A stretch of DNA of 64,000 bases from Candidatus Pacearchaeota archaeon (GCA_016186425.1 JACPLR010000011.1:13206-77205), one strand, 5' to 3'; counted from the first letter of the stretch, positions 19,718 to 29,245 are shown. Notes: generated by a model not told the origin, from the sequence alone. Program-made: numbers and translations.

Positions 19718-20164
19718 ATGACAGGTGTGAGTTATTTTGAGGGTAAAGATGTCGGTTATAAAAGGTCTCATGAAATTATGATGGATTTACTTTTACCACA
19801 TTTTAAAACTAGAGAAGAAGTTCTTAATCATATTAAAAAACAGCTTTCTAAAGATGTACGTTTATGTGTTGGGGGATTAGATCATATTTTAGAATATTCT
19901 GGATTGTTTTTAAGTGAACATAATTTATCTAGATATAATATAAGGCAACAGTTAAATGGCAGCAATACTCCTTTAACTTATGAAGTGTTTGAACATTTAG
20001 TTGGCAGATTAGGAATTCTTCATGAAAGATTTTTTCCGTATGATGAGACTATTTCAGAATCAAAATATGAAGAATTATTTAAAAAGTTATGCAAGGGTAA
20101 TTGGGATCCAGTAGATTCTGTCAGAACTCTTTTAGAATTAAGATTTTTTCATGAACCAGAATAA
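19718..20164 (+). CDS. hypothetical protein
   Basis: 148-aa ORF, divergent from cbf5. Confidence 0.6.
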   Translation: MTGVSYFEGKDVGYKRSHEIMMDLLLPHFKTREEVLNHIKKQLSKDVRLCVGGLDHILEYSGLFLSEHNLSRYNIRQQLNGSNTPLTYEVFEHLVGRLGILHERFFPYDETISESKYEELFKKLCKGNWDPVDSVRTLLELRFFHEPE

Positions 20165-20167
20165 TTA

Positions 20168-21232
20168 TTATAATTTATATCTCCTCATTGTTTTCCATTC
20201 AATTAATGTTTTTAACAGGCCTGGTAATAAACCGGTTATAATGAACTTATTCTTGTATTGAAAAATTCCGTTAAATCTTCCTAAGCTTATTACAATAATT
20301 CTTTTTTCAGGACTATAGGACTTTGGTTCTTTATTATTTTCAATAAGATTTATGTTTTTAACAATTAATTTTGCGTGTTTTTCTGCATTTTGGGCAAGTT
20401 TTTCCTCTTTTATTGATGTTATATCTCCTGCTGCGAAAATGTTTTTAAGTGGCTTGTTACTTTTATTATCTAAAACCTGAAAATATTCATTGATATTTAC
20501 TTGTTTCTCGCTATTAAGCAATTTTTTTGGAATAAACTCTGAATTAGGGGTAATTCCTGTGCAGAGAAAAACAAGGTCTGCCTTAATTTTCCTGTTTTTA
20601 TCTGTTTTAACTAAATTATTTTCATAATTTAATGCTGTTTCGTTATAGAGTATGTTAACATTATGCTTTTTTAAAAATTTATCTGCATAATCTATTGTTT
20701 TTTCATGGTTTCTTTCCATTAGTTTATCATGTTTGTGAATAACTATTATCTCTTTTTCGTTTTTTCCTTTATAGAAATCAATAATTTCTCCAGCTAATTC
20801 CGTTCCAACAATTCCTCCGCCAATAATAATTATCTTTTTAGCAACATCTAATTTGTGATAATAATCTCTTATATGCCGTGTTCTTGTTAGATTAACAATA
20901 TTTTTTTCTTTAAACGGAGCATTGTAACTTGAGCCAGAGCAGATAAAGAGATAATCAAATTTTAATTTATGTTTATTAGCAGTAATTATTTCTTTTTCTG
21001 TCATTTTTTTGACACAATCAACAACAACTTTTGCTTTTTTCAGATAATGTGTATGCAAAACCTGAATTTTCTTGGCATGTTTAGGAGAAACTAGAGTTCT
21101 TAATATTCCCGGAGTGAATTCGTAATAATTCTTGCTGTCTATCAAAATAACATTGAAATCTTTATTTTTTTCAAGTTTCTTGGCTATGTAAGCTCCTGCA
21201 AAACCCCCACCAATAATAACTATGTTTTTCAT
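20168..21232 (-). CDS. FAD/NAD(P)H oxidoreductase (AIF/AMID or NDH-2-like)
   Basis: Two GxGxxG motifs (GGGFAG, GGGIVGTELAGE); NIFAAGD. Confidence 0.88.
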   Translation of the reverse strand: MKNIVIIGGGFAGAYIAKKLEKNKDFNVILIDSKNYYEFTPGILRTLVSPKHAKKIQVLHTHYLKKAKVVVDCVKKMTEKEIITANKHKLKFDYLFICSGSSYNAPFKEKNIVNLTRTRHIRDYYHKLDVAKKIIIIGGGIVGTELAGEIIDFYKGKNEKEIIVIHKHDKLMERNHEKTIDYADKFLKKHNVNILYNETALNYENNLVKTDKNRKIKADLVFLCTGITPNSEFIPKKLLNSEKQVNINEYFQVLDNKSNKPLKNIFAAGDITSIKEEKLAQNAEKHAKLIVKNINLIENNKEPKSYSPEKRIIVISLGRFNGIFQYKNKFIITGLLPGLLKTLIEWKTMRRYKL

Positions 21233-21349
21233 AAAAACATAATGTTAAATGTGTTTAAAAAGATTAAGAAAGACAATTAGTAAAAAGAAAAAATATATAA
21301 AAAATAAAATGAAAGAAAAAACAAAAGAAAATAAATTAAAAATAAGAAG

Positions 21350-21733
21350 TTATTCCTTGCTAACTGCAAGTTTCCCAGGGCCTGTTAATGCCAGACTTAT
21401 AAGAGATGCAGCAGCAACCATATGGAAAATAAAGCTAGTTGATGATTGAGTGCTTATTCCAACAACTCCAAATGCTGCTACTAACATTATTATTACTAAA
21501 GGCCACGCGGTGTATTTTACTTTCCAGCCTACTAGTACACATACTCCAAATATTATTTCAGAAAGCAAGACAACCCATCCTAAAAACATTGGCAATGGAA
21601 ATCCTTGACTTGTCAGCAAGCCGATTATTCCGTCAGGATTTATCAGCTTTCCTATTCCTGCGTTTAGGAATAAAGCTGCAATTGCCAACCTGACTAATGA
21701 TGGCCCGTATCCTGCATATTCTTTTATGTTCAC
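21350..21733 (-). CDS. DoxX family membrane protein
   Basis: RL.IA.LF...GIGK, E...G.....G, GPGK.A; four TM helices. Confidence 0.88.
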   Translation of the reverse strand: MNIKEYAGYGPSLVRLAIAALFLNAGIGKLINPDGIIGLLTSQGFPLPMFLGWVVLLSEIIFGVCVLVGWKVKYTAWPLVIIMLVAAFGVVGISTQSSTSFIFHMVAAASLISLALTGPGKLAVSKE

Positions 21734-21810
21734 TTTGATTTAACCCCCTTTCAGTTAATTATCATAGAATTTAATTATGTAAAATAAATATTCAATCTTT
21801 AAATACTTAA

Positions 21811-22431
21811 CTATTGTTTATTCCCTTTGTTTAACCCTTCATTTATTATTGTTTGGTAATATCCTTTAAGAGATTGGATTAAATCATTAGGAAATTCAAT
21901 GTTGAATTTATCCGGGTTTCCATCGCTATCCATGTCTACCATATAACATACTGCTTTTGGAACAGGATAATTATCTAATTTTAAAGTATTTGATGTTTCC
22001 CATACAATTCCTGGAATGTCTTGTTTTTTTGGTTTTCTTAATTCCTGATATTTTGTGTTTAGAATTTTTTTGGATTCATTTAACATTATTATTTTAGCAA
22101 ATTCCGCAATTCCATCTCCATTTTCATCCTTGATATAAGCTTGAAATCCTTTAGACGGCATATCTTCAATTGTAATAGACCTTTCTTCAGCATTCCAGTA
22201 GCATGTTAATACAGGATTGCTTAATTGCGGTGGGGGCTGAATGGGTTGCCCGGTATTTTTCAGAGAACTTTCCGGGTTATTTAGATAATTATATATTATA
22301 TCGCTTTTTGGAATTTGATATTGTATTTGCACTCTTTGCGCAAGATTTTGGGAGTTAACTATTGGGATATTTCCTAGAAATGGCATAGATATAACTGCTA
22401 TAAGACTTGTTTTTAAAAATCTGTTTATCAT
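21811..22431 (-). CDS. secreted hypothetical protein
   Basis: Signal-like N-terminus, Pro-rich linker, two DxDxDG-like loops (DENGDG, DMDSDG). Confidence 0.6.
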   Translation of the reverse strand: MINRFLKTSLIAVISMPFLGNIPIVNSQNLAQRVQIQYQIPKSDIIYNYLNNPESSLKNTGQPIQPPPQLSNPVLTCYWNAEERSITIEDMPSKGFQAYIKDENGDGIAEFAKIIMLNESKKILNTKYQELRKPKKQDIPGIVWETSNTLKLDNYPVPKAVCYMVDMDSDGNPDKFNIEFPNDLIQSLKGYYQTIINEGLNKGNKQ

Positions 22432-22487
22432 GCAAGAAATCTATTCTTTCTGATTTTATAAAGATTATTATGACGCATTATCTTGGC

Positions 22488-23183
22488 TTATTTTTTGCTT
22501 AGATATTTTTTTCTTTCTATTTCAGAAAGTTTTTCAATTGCGTATCTTAGCATAGTCCTTGGCATTGTTTTGCTGTATTGTTTTAGGAATTGCCTTAAGA
22601 CAGATTCATTCCTCTTGCCTACTTCTCTTAACATCCATCCGACTGCTTTTTGAATAAGGTCATGATTGTCTTTTAGCAGAATTTTGGATATGGCAATTGT
22701 ATGTTTAAATTGATTATTTTTAATGAAATAATAAGTTGAGACGATTGAAGTTCTTTTTTCCCATAAGTTATTAGATTTTGCAAGAGAATACAGCTCTGTT
22801 ATCTTGCTTTTATTATTAAAATAATATTTTCCAATTATTTTATCCGCGCTTAAATCAACCAAGTCCCAGTTGTTTATTTTTTGATTATGCTCTTTGTAAA
22901 AATTGACAATATTGTTATCGTTTGTTTCTTGGTATTTTTGGACAAGAATTAACACTCCAAGAAGCCTTTCTTCATGAATTTTACTTTCTAATAGAAGCTT
23001 TACTTCTTGTAAATTAATGTCTTTATATTTAATTGCTAGTTTTCTTGTTTCAGGAACAGTAACTCCAAGAAAAATATCTCCTTCTCCATAGCTTCCTGGC
23101 TGGGTTTTAAAGAATCTCTGCAAGATTTTTGCTTTTTCAGAGTTTGCTTTTGATTTCAGCTCTTTTTTTATTTGTGATATCAT
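22488..23183 (-). CDS. DNA alkylation repair protein (AlkD-like)
   Basis: FLGVTVP..R, INNWDLVD, W.KR, IQKAVGWMLREVGKR, RYAIEK. Confidence 0.9.
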   Translation of the reverse strand: MISQIKKELKSKANSEKAKILQRFFKTQPGSYGEGDIFLGVTVPETRKLAIKYKDINLQEVKLLLESKIHEERLLGVLILVQKYQETNDNNIVNFYKEHNQKINNWDLVDLSADKIIGKYYFNNKSKITELYSLAKSNNLWEKRTSIVSTYYFIKNNQFKHTIAISKILLKDNHDLIQKAVGWMLREVGKRNESVLRQFLKQYSKTMPRTMLRYAIEKLSEIERKKYLSKK

Positions 23184-23270
23184 GTTATTATTTTTAGTTT
23201 TTTAATATATAAAAATGTTTCATATTTTATTATCTATATATTAATTATAAAATATTTAACTATTAATTGA

Positions 23271-23430
23271 TAAATAATAAAAGACACCAAAGTTTCTTTT
23301 ATGAAGCTTACTTTTAATTGCAAAGGGTTTTCTTTATGAAACTTACTCATTAAAATTAGGCAAAGATATGATATGATTCAAGAACATTTTGAACTCATGC
23401 CATATTTCTGCCTTATCTTAAGCTAAATCA
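23271..23430 (+). repeat. module B plus partial B followed by a minimal core hairpin
   Basis: Clearest core at 23358-23413: AGGCA-AAgATATG-at-ATGA-TTCAA[gaacatt]TTGAA-c-TCAT-gc-CATAT-TT-c-TGCCT. Confidence 0.85.
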
Positions 23431-23510
23431 ACTATTGCCAATTAAATTAAATAATTTTTAATATTCTAGCCAATCATAACCTTTAAAAGTCTATTTCTAT
23501 ATGCTATTTT

Positions 23511-24101
23511 ATGGCATTAAAAAAATCAAATAAAGAAAAATTAACTCAAGAAAGCTATGAAAAATATAGATGGTTCTACACTTCCAATAAGCATCTGGTT
23601 GTAGGAGGAAAAAGCGCAGAGCAAAATGAAGAAGTTATTAATAAGTATAAAGAGAAGGGGAAATATATTGTAATGCACACTAACTCTCCCGGAAGCCCGT
23701 TCTCAGTAATTCTTACAGATAATCCATCTCCAAAAGACTTGGAGGAAACCGCTATTTTCACAGCTTGTTTTTCAAGAGCATGGAGAGAAGGAAAGAAAAA
23801 AGAAATTGTAGATATTTTCTTGATGGAACAGATAATTAAAAATAAAAGTATGAAATCTGGTACATTTGCAGTAATAGGGCTTGTAGACAAAAAAACAGTT
23901 GAATTAAGATTATATTCAGAAATGCAGAAAAACAAGCTAAGATTCATTCCTTTCAAACCAAAAAATGAGGAAAGCATTTGTATCATATCTGGAAAAATTA
24001 ATAAAGAGCAATTTGCTGAGCAAATTGCCATAAAACTTGAAATTCCAAAGGAACAAGTTTTAAACGCGCTTCCCACGGGAGGTTTTAGAATAGTAAAATG
24101 A
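23511..24101 (+). CDS. NFACT RNA-binding domain protein (DUF814-like)
   Basis: YRWF..S...VVGGKSA.QNE, MH....GSPF, ETA.F.A.FS.AW. Confidence 0.85.
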   Translation: MALKKSNKEKLTQESYEKYRWFYTSNKHLVVGGKSAEQNEEVINKYKEKGKYIVMHTNSPGSPFSVILTDNPSPKDLEETAIFTACFSRAWREGKKKEIVDIFLMEQIIKNKSMKSGTFAVIGLVDKKTVELRLYSEMQKNKLRFIPFKPKNEESICIISGKINKEQFAEQIAIKLEIPKEQVLNALPTGGFRIVK

Positions 24102-24122
24102 AATCTACAATAAATATGGATG

Positions 24123-24156
24123 CTGGATTCATAAAAACCCGCAGGAGGTTTTTATA
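24123..24156 (+). repeat. module B hairpin, variant 4, containing GGAGGT and abutting the yhbY-like ATG
   Basis: ggattcATAAAAACCcgcaggaGGTTTTTATa-ATG. Confidence 0.7.
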
Positions 24157-24402
24157 ATGCAGCTTATATCAGCAGTTCAAATCGGAAAATCGGGAATATC
24201 AGAAAACCTAATTGAAACAATAAAAAGTCATTTTAAGCATCATCAGAATGTAAAAGTTGTATGCTTAAAAAACTCAAAAAGAGACAGAAATAGCATAAAG
24301 GCGATGGCGGAGAAAATTATTTCTCATCTAGGAAATAATTATACTTACAGAGTTATTGGCTTTACAATAATAATCAAGAAGTGGAGAAAACCGAAGAGAT
24401 AA
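24157..24402 (+). CDS. YhbY/CRM-domain RNA-binding protein
   Basis: VQIGKSGI...I..I...F.....VKV; terminal IGFT. Confidence 0.85.
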   Translation: MQLISAVQIGKSGISENLIETIKSHFKHHQNVKVVCLKNSKRDRNSIKAMAEKIISHLGNNYTYRVIGFTIIIKKWRKPKR

Positions 24403-24462
24403 CTTTATCATATATAATCCGCAACATAAATAATTAAAAAATCTATTTCTTATTAAAAAGCA

Positions 24463-24855
24463 ATGGAGACTCAAAGAGGAGTGTTATATGAAGATGATAG
24501 GTTAAAAGTAACCTACTTACATAGCCCTGAACCTGGTGAGCAAGCTAAAATAATAAGTGCAGAAGATCATGAATTATGGATAAAATTAGATGGAAACGAA
24601 TGGGGCAATTATATAATTCCAAGAGGAATTTTAGATGAGATAGCTACAACAAAAGGTTTAAAGAAAATTGAAAGAATTTTTAATACTTTTAATCCAGATT
24701 TAATGCATCATTTAAGAAATCAGAGATTAACAACTGCTGATGTAGCTTTAGCAATGGCTCAAGCAAAAATAAGTGAATTAGAATATAAAGTTGATTATTT
24801 TATTGACGAAGCAAGAAGAGCAAGAGAAGAAAGATTAGATAGGGAAGAAGAATAA
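24463..24855 (+). CDS. hypothetical protein
   Basis: 130-aa ORF with C-terminal coiled coil. Confidence 0.65.
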   Translation: METQRGVLYEDDRLKVTYLHSPEPGEQAKIISAEDHELWIKLDGNEWGNYIIPRGILDEIATTKGLKKIERIFNTFNPDLMHHLRNQRLTTADVALAMAQAKISELEYKVDYFIDEARRAREERLDREEE

Positions 24856-24893
24856 ACCAACAGCTTTATAAATCCCATTTCTCCCATATATTC

Positions 24894-24936
24894 AGACTTG
24901 ACCATTTTATGGTTCTATTGCCGAAAGGCAAGGTCT
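24894..24936 (+). ncRNA. putative structured 5' leader (three-way junction) of rps19e
   Basis: P1 AGACTT/AGGTCT, P2 ACCAT-ttt-ATGGT, P3 TGCC-GAAA-GGCA; TTTATAAA box at 24865-24872. Confidence 0.5.
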
Positions 24937-24971
24937 AATAAACATAAACTAAATAGAAAAATAAAATTACT

Positions 24972-25379
24972 ATGAGTGGCATTTATGAATTAAACCATAG
25001 AGAATTTAATAATAAGCTAGCAGAAGCTTTGAAGAAAGTTCCAGAACTTAAAGCTCCTGAATGGATAAATTTTGTAAAAACAAGTGTTGCAAAAGAAAGG
25101 CCAACTCAAGAGCCTGATTTCTGGCATAAAAGAGCTGCAAGCATTTTAAGGCAGATTTACATCAGAAAAACAGTTGGAGTAAACAGGCTAAAAATAAGAT
25201 ATGGCGGCAAGAAAAACAGGGGAGTTGCACCCCCAAGATTCAGGGAAGGCGGAGGAAAAATAATAAGAACAATACTTCAGCAATGCGAAAAAGCAGGCTT
25301 GCTGGAAAAAGCACCTGAAAAAAAAGCAGGAAGAAAATTAACCGATAAAGGAAAAAAATTACTGGAGAGCATAAAATGA
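24972..25379 (+). CDS. rps19e: 30S ribosomal protein S19e
   Basis: PEW..FVKTS..KERP, R.ASILR, YGG.K.RG, G.IIR..LQQ.E.AG. Confidence 0.96.
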   Translation: MSGIYELNHREFNNKLAEALKKVPELKAPEWINFVKTSVAKERPTQEPDFWHKRAASILRQIYIRKTVGVNRLKIRYGGKKNRGVAPPRFREGGGKIIRTILQQCEKAGLLEKAPEKKAGRKLTDKGKKLLESIK

Positions 25380-25567
25380 AAACTAGGGTAAATGATGTTG
25401 TAGGATTAACAACAGATGGGAAATTAATTAGAGCAACAAAAGACATAGTTGGTTTGCCCACCGGATTTAATGAAGATGATAATTTATTTGATGAAACGAT
25501 ATATTTAAAAGATTTTTACGAAGATAGTATTGATTCAGAGAAAAGAATAACATATAATCTAATTTAA
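25376..25567 (+). CDS. small hypothetical protein
   Basis: 63 aa; start overlaps the rps19e stop. Confidence 0.5.
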   Translation: MKTRVNDVVGLTTDGKLIRATKDIVGLPTGFNEDDNLFDETIYLKDFYEDSIDSEKRITYNLI

Positions 25568-25608
25568 ATAAAAATATAAAAATGAAATACAAAATAAAAG
25601 GGAAGCTT

Positions 25609-25673
25609 CATAAAAGAAACCGTAGGCATGTAAGAGGAAAGTTTGATAAAGAAAACCAGGGGTTGTCTTTATA
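25609..25673 (+). repeat. partial module B (variant 2) plus full module B (variant 1) abutting the rpl39e ATG
   Basis: ggaagcttcataaaagaaacc...aggaaagtttgATAAAGAAAACCaggGGTTGTCTTTATa-ATG. Confidence 0.8.
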
Positions 25674-25883
25674 ATGACAGTTCCAAAACGCCAAAGACAA
25701 AAGAAAATAAAGCTAGCAAAAGCTGGAAGTCAGACAAAATGGGCTCCATTCTGGGTTGTTGTAAAGAAATACGGGGCTGGAAAAAGAATTCATCCTTCAC
25801 GAACAACAAGAATAAAAAGAAACTGGAGAATAAGAAAGCTTAAGATCAAGCCAAGAATAATCAGAAAGAGGCATCTAGGTTAA
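25674..25883 (+). CDS. rpl39e: 50S ribosomal protein L39e
   Basis: KK.KLAK...Q...AP.WV..K.....R.WR..KLK; conserved position before rpl31e. Confidence 0.88.
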   Translation: MTVPKRQRQKKIKLAKAGSQTKWAPFWVVVKKYGAGKRIHPSRTTRIKRNWRIRKLKIKPRIIRKRHLG

Positions 25884-25892
25884 TTGACAAAA

Positions 25893-25912
25893 AATAAAAT
25901 GACAAAAAATAA
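25893..25912 (+). repeat. 20-bp direct repeat of the rpl31e start region (second copy at 26381-26400)
   Basis: AATAAAATGACAAAAAATAA is identical at both sites. Confidence 0.85.
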
Positions 25913-26213
25913 TATTGAAGTTATTGGGCTTTCGAAGCAAGATAAGGAAGAAATATATCTCTCTCTAAGAGATCCTGATATTAGATCTCATTTCGAATTT
26001 GTAGAAGTAGAGAAATTTCTAGTATCATCGCGTTATAATAATTATGTTTATCATGCAGAAACAGATAAAGGGGAAGTTACTGTTTTATTAATTAATTATA
26101 ATGAAACTCTCACGATTAAAACAGCTGGAAAAAAAGAAGCGAGAGAAATAGTTAAATCTAGACTTGAAGAAATTGCCAGGAAAGCAAAACAAACAATTTC
26201 CACATCAACTTAA
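25899..26213 (+). CDS. hypothetical protein inserted in the ribosomal protein operon
   Basis: Begins MTKN, as rpl31e does; 104 aa. Confidence 0.6.
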   Translation: MTKNNIEVIGLSKQDKEEIYLSLRDPDIRSHFEFVEVEKFLVSSRYNNYVYHAETDKGEVTVLLINYNETLTIKTAGKKEAREIVKSRLEEIARKAKQTISTST

Positions 26214-26214
26214 A

Positions 26215-26382
26215 ATGACGTTAGAAACAAATCTTCCAAAATACCTAGAATATAAGGAATACATAAACAATTATGAAACGATAATTGCATTAACAACAAG
26301 AGCGACAAATCTTATGCTATTAAAACCTCAAGATGAAAATAATACTGCAGAAAATGGAGTGTTTTTAGTAATAGGAGAATAA
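26215..26382 (+). CDS. small hypothetical protein
   Basis: ATG 26215 lies directly after the previous stop; 55 aa. Confidence 0.45.
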   Translation: MTLETNLPKYLEYKEYINNYETIIALTTRATNLMLLKPQDENNTAENGVFLVIGE

Positions 26383-26386
26383 TAAA

Positions 26387-26962
26387 ATGACAAAAAATAA
26401 AGCAATCCCTGCTGAAAGAGAATATATTATTAATCTAAGAAGAGAAATAATGAAAGTTCCTAGATATAGGCGAACCCCTAAAGCAATAAAAGCAATAAAG
26501 CAGTTTATTGCAAAGCATATGCGGGTTCCAGATAGAGATTTGAATAAAGTAAAAATTGACAAATGGCTCAATCAAGAAATGTGGTTTAGGGGAATTCAAA
26601 ATCCATTGGCAAAAATAAAAGTTAAAGCAAAAAAAGATGGTGAAAATATAATAGTTTCTTTAGTTGATATTCCTGAAAAAATAAAATTCCAGATGGTGAG
26701 AGAGGAAAAATCAAAGAAAGCTTCTGAAAAGGTAAAAGAAAAGAAAAAGCAGGAAAAGACAGAAGTTGAGAAACAAATTGAGGAAAAGCCTAAAAGCCCT
26801 GAAGAAATTGAGAAAGAGAAACAGGAAGAAAAGGAAAAGGAAGAGGCTGTTAAAGAAGCTGAAATCAAGCAGGCTGATTTAAGGGCAAAAGAGCAAAAAC
26901 ATGTTCAAAAAATAAAGCCTGCAAAAACAGAAAGAATTCAAAGAAAAGCCTTGCAAAAATAA
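26387..26962 (+). CDS. rpl31e: 50S ribosomal protein L31e with long K/E-rich C-terminal extension
   Basis: EREY.INLR, RR..KAI..IK.F...HM, VKID..LN...W.RG. Confidence 0.93.
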   Translation: MTKNKAIPAEREYIINLRREIMKVPRYRRTPKAIKAIKQFIAKHMRVPDRDLNKVKIDKWLNQEMWFRGIQNPLAKIKVKAKKDGENIIVSLVDIPEKIKFQMVREEKSKKASEKVKEKKKQEKTEVEKQIEEKPKSPEEIEKEKQEEKEKEEAVKEAEIKQADLRAKEQKHVQKIKPAKTERIQRKALQK

Positions 26963-27254
26963 TTGTTCTTGAATCATTACAATAATAAAGACAACCAAGG
27001 TTTTCTTTATCAAACTTTCCTTTTAAGTACCAAAGGTTTTTTATCAAACTTTCCTTTTAAAAGGAAAATTTATCCTGATTTATTAGTTGTTTAAATTAAT
27101 TTTAGATTAATGATATGTTTAATAACTTGATATTTATTTAATAAAAAATAGTAGCTCCTGCGTAAAAATCAGATAGAGATATTGCTATATTGATAAAAGA
27201 CACCAAGGTTTCTTTTATGAAACTTCCTTTTATTAGGAAAAATTTATGCTTTAT
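26963..27254 (+). repeat. two tandem core repeats carrying module B variants 1 and 2 and a partial B duplication
   Basis: ATAAAGACAACCaaGGTTTTCTTTATcaaactttcc, repeated in part at about 27035-27058; ATAAAAGACACCaaGGTTTCTTTTATgaaacttcc. Confidence 0.85.
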
Positions 27255-27785
27255 TTAAAGGTTATAATTGGCTAGAATATTAAAACGACTATGTAATGGG
27301 CTGGGCAATCTTGTTGCTCGACTAGCTGGATATTCAACCCTGTAACCTTTAAATTCCTCTGGAAGATTATGTTCTTTAGGTATGATTATTTTTCCAAGAG
27401 GGGATTTTAAATGAGCTTTTATTACTTGTTCGAAAACAGGTTTTTGATTGAAAAATCCTTTCCATTCAGGAATTCTTACCAGTGTTTCAACAGAAGTTAC
27501 TCCATAATCCGAAATGTTTAAGTTCATATCTTTATTGTAATGTATGATTCTTCCTTGGAAACCATCTAATAATATTTTTGATAATCCTTTTGTTAATTTA
27601 GTTACAAAATCTAAACTTTTTTGTATTCCTTCATTACTTGTTGCACTATACCACTTTAACTGTTCTTCTTGCCTAGCTTTTTCATGAGTCATATATTTAT
27701 CTACAAATATATCAAAAGCTTCGTTGAAAACTGGGTCTCTTAATTTTTCTTGTAAAGATTCTGCTTTAATTGTTTTTTTTAACAT
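27255..27785 (-). CDS. hypothetical protein
   Basis: 176-aa ORF with TATA box upstream. Confidence 0.6.
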   Translation of the reverse strand: MLKKTIKAESLQEKLRDPVFNEAFDIFVDKYMTHEKARQEEQLKWYSATSNEGIQKSLDFVTKLTKGLSKILLDGFQGRIIHYNKDMNLNISDYGVTSVETLVRIPEWKGFFNQKPVFEQVIKAHLKSPLGKIIIPKEHNLPEEFKGYRVEYPASRATRLPSPLHSRFNILANYNL

Positions 27786-27841
27786 CTTAGAATTATTTAG
27801 CCCCTATTTATAAATATTTATATTGTTAATAAAATTATTTG

Positions 27842-29245
27842 CTAGTAAATAATCTTCGGGCCATAGCCCCAAAGCCTGACAGCTGCAGCTAATTCTGAGT
27901 TAGGATTTTGAGAGACAAATTTCCTTAAAGGAATTTTTTTTGCGTGAATATCTCGCGCTTGCTCAATTGCTTTTACACCTGCCTCAATTCCCCGAGGATG
28001 GCCAAGCAAACCGCCACCAAACTGAAGAATTACATCTTCTCCAAGTTCATCTAAGACATTTTCAATATCTCCAGGATGCAAACCTCCTGAAGCAACCATC
28101 CAAACCGGTTTTATATGATGCCAGTTTTGTCCAAGGGAAGGAATTTGCAAATTTGGTTTTGTTATTTTTTCCTGAAGAATATCTCTAATATATTTTGCTT
28201 CCCCATAATCTTCCATTTTTGCTAAAGGAGAACCTCCATGCATATTATCCACGCCTAGCAACCGATATAATTTTGCAAGAGCTATCATTGAAATTGAAAA
28301 TCCGTAAAGTTTTCCTTTTCCATGCACTCCAGGACTATTATCTCTTGTCATAAAACCGTGCATTGCTCTGTGGGCATGAATTGCCAAGCCTGTATTCATT
28401 CTTCTAAAAGTATCGATTGCTGCAAATCCTGTTGTTACAACATCAATCATGCAATAAACTCCTTTATTCTTCTTTATTACTTCAGCATGTTTTTTCATTA
28501 TCTCCATATTTGAATGAGTTATATTTGCCAAATAGAATTTTTTCCTTCCGGTAAGCTTTTCAGCTTCTCTTGCTTCTTTTAAAACAAGGGAAACTCGCTT
28601 ATCAAAATGATTGAAAGATAAATTTGTTAGGTTTTCATCATCTTTAATTCCATCATAAGTTCCATTCCCGGAAGTGAATAATATTCTTGCCAGTTTTGCC
28701 TGTTCAATGTCTGTTCTGCCTATTTTTGGTTTTGGAACAGTTGCAACTAGCGGACCACGAGGTTTTTTTAATATTTTTCTAATTCCTTCAACCCCAAAAG
28801 CAGGGCCTGGAAATTTTGCAATCATTGCTTTTGGGAATTTAATATCATAAATTCTTAAACCAGAAAGCATTTTCATCCCAGCTATATTTCCAGCAATTCC
28901 AGCTAATAATCCGGAAATATTATCTAACTCAAATAACTCAATTGGATAAGCAATTTTAAACATAAAATTCTCAGAATCTAGATCGTAAGCCAGCGCTTTT
29001 TTTCTAAGCGCTAGAGGAATTCCAGAATCCTTTCCATCGTAGACTTTTGTCCATGTTCCTGTTGATGATTCAGCTGCAATAGTTCCTGCAGCTTCTTCGA
29101 AAAGCTGTTTAGAATTTTTACCTGCTTTTTTTGCTTCAGTTATTGCAGACTCGCTTAATTCTGCTTTTAAGAGAGTTATCACATAATTATCTTCATTTGC
29201 TGGTTTCCAGCCTTTTTTTGCTACGTAATTAAATTGAACTGCTAT
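27842..29245 (-). CDS. rbcL: RuBisCO large subunit, form III-like (nucleoside/AMP salvage type); true start uncertain
   Basis: AESSTGTWT, PKPKIG (K175/K177 equivalents), KDDE, HAHRAMH, loop-6 K, SGG, GGG. The frame stays open and protein-like upstream of GTG 29182 (AVQFNYVAKKGWKP), up to ATA 29245. Confidence 0.93.
   Translation of the reverse strand: MAVQFNYVAKKGWKPANEDNYVITLLKAELSESAITEAKKAGKNSKQLFEEAAGTIAAESSTGTWTKVYDGKDSGIPLALRKKALAYDLDSENFMFKIAYPIELFELDNISGLLAGIAGNIAGMKMLSGLRIYDIKFPKAMIAKFPGPAFGVEGIRKILKKPRGPLVATVPKPKIGRTDIEQAKLARILFTSGNGTYDGIKDDENLTNLSFNHFDKRVSLVLKEAREAEKLTGRKKFYLANITHSNMEIMKKHAEVIKKNKGVYCMIDVVTTGFAAIDTFRRMNTGLAIHAHRAMHGFMTRDNSPGVHGKGKLYGFSISMIALAKLYRLLGVDNMHGGSPLAKMEDYGEAKYIRDILQEKITKPNLQIPSLGQNWHHIKPVWMVASGGLHPGDIENVLDELGEDVILQFGGGLLGHPRGIEAGVKAIEQARDIHAKKIPLRKFVSQNPNSELAAAVRLWGYGPKIIY

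Noticed and set aside
25643..25843. 66-aa alternative-frame ORF over rpl39e
   Set aside because: It starts in module B; the 25674 frame carries the L39e signature.
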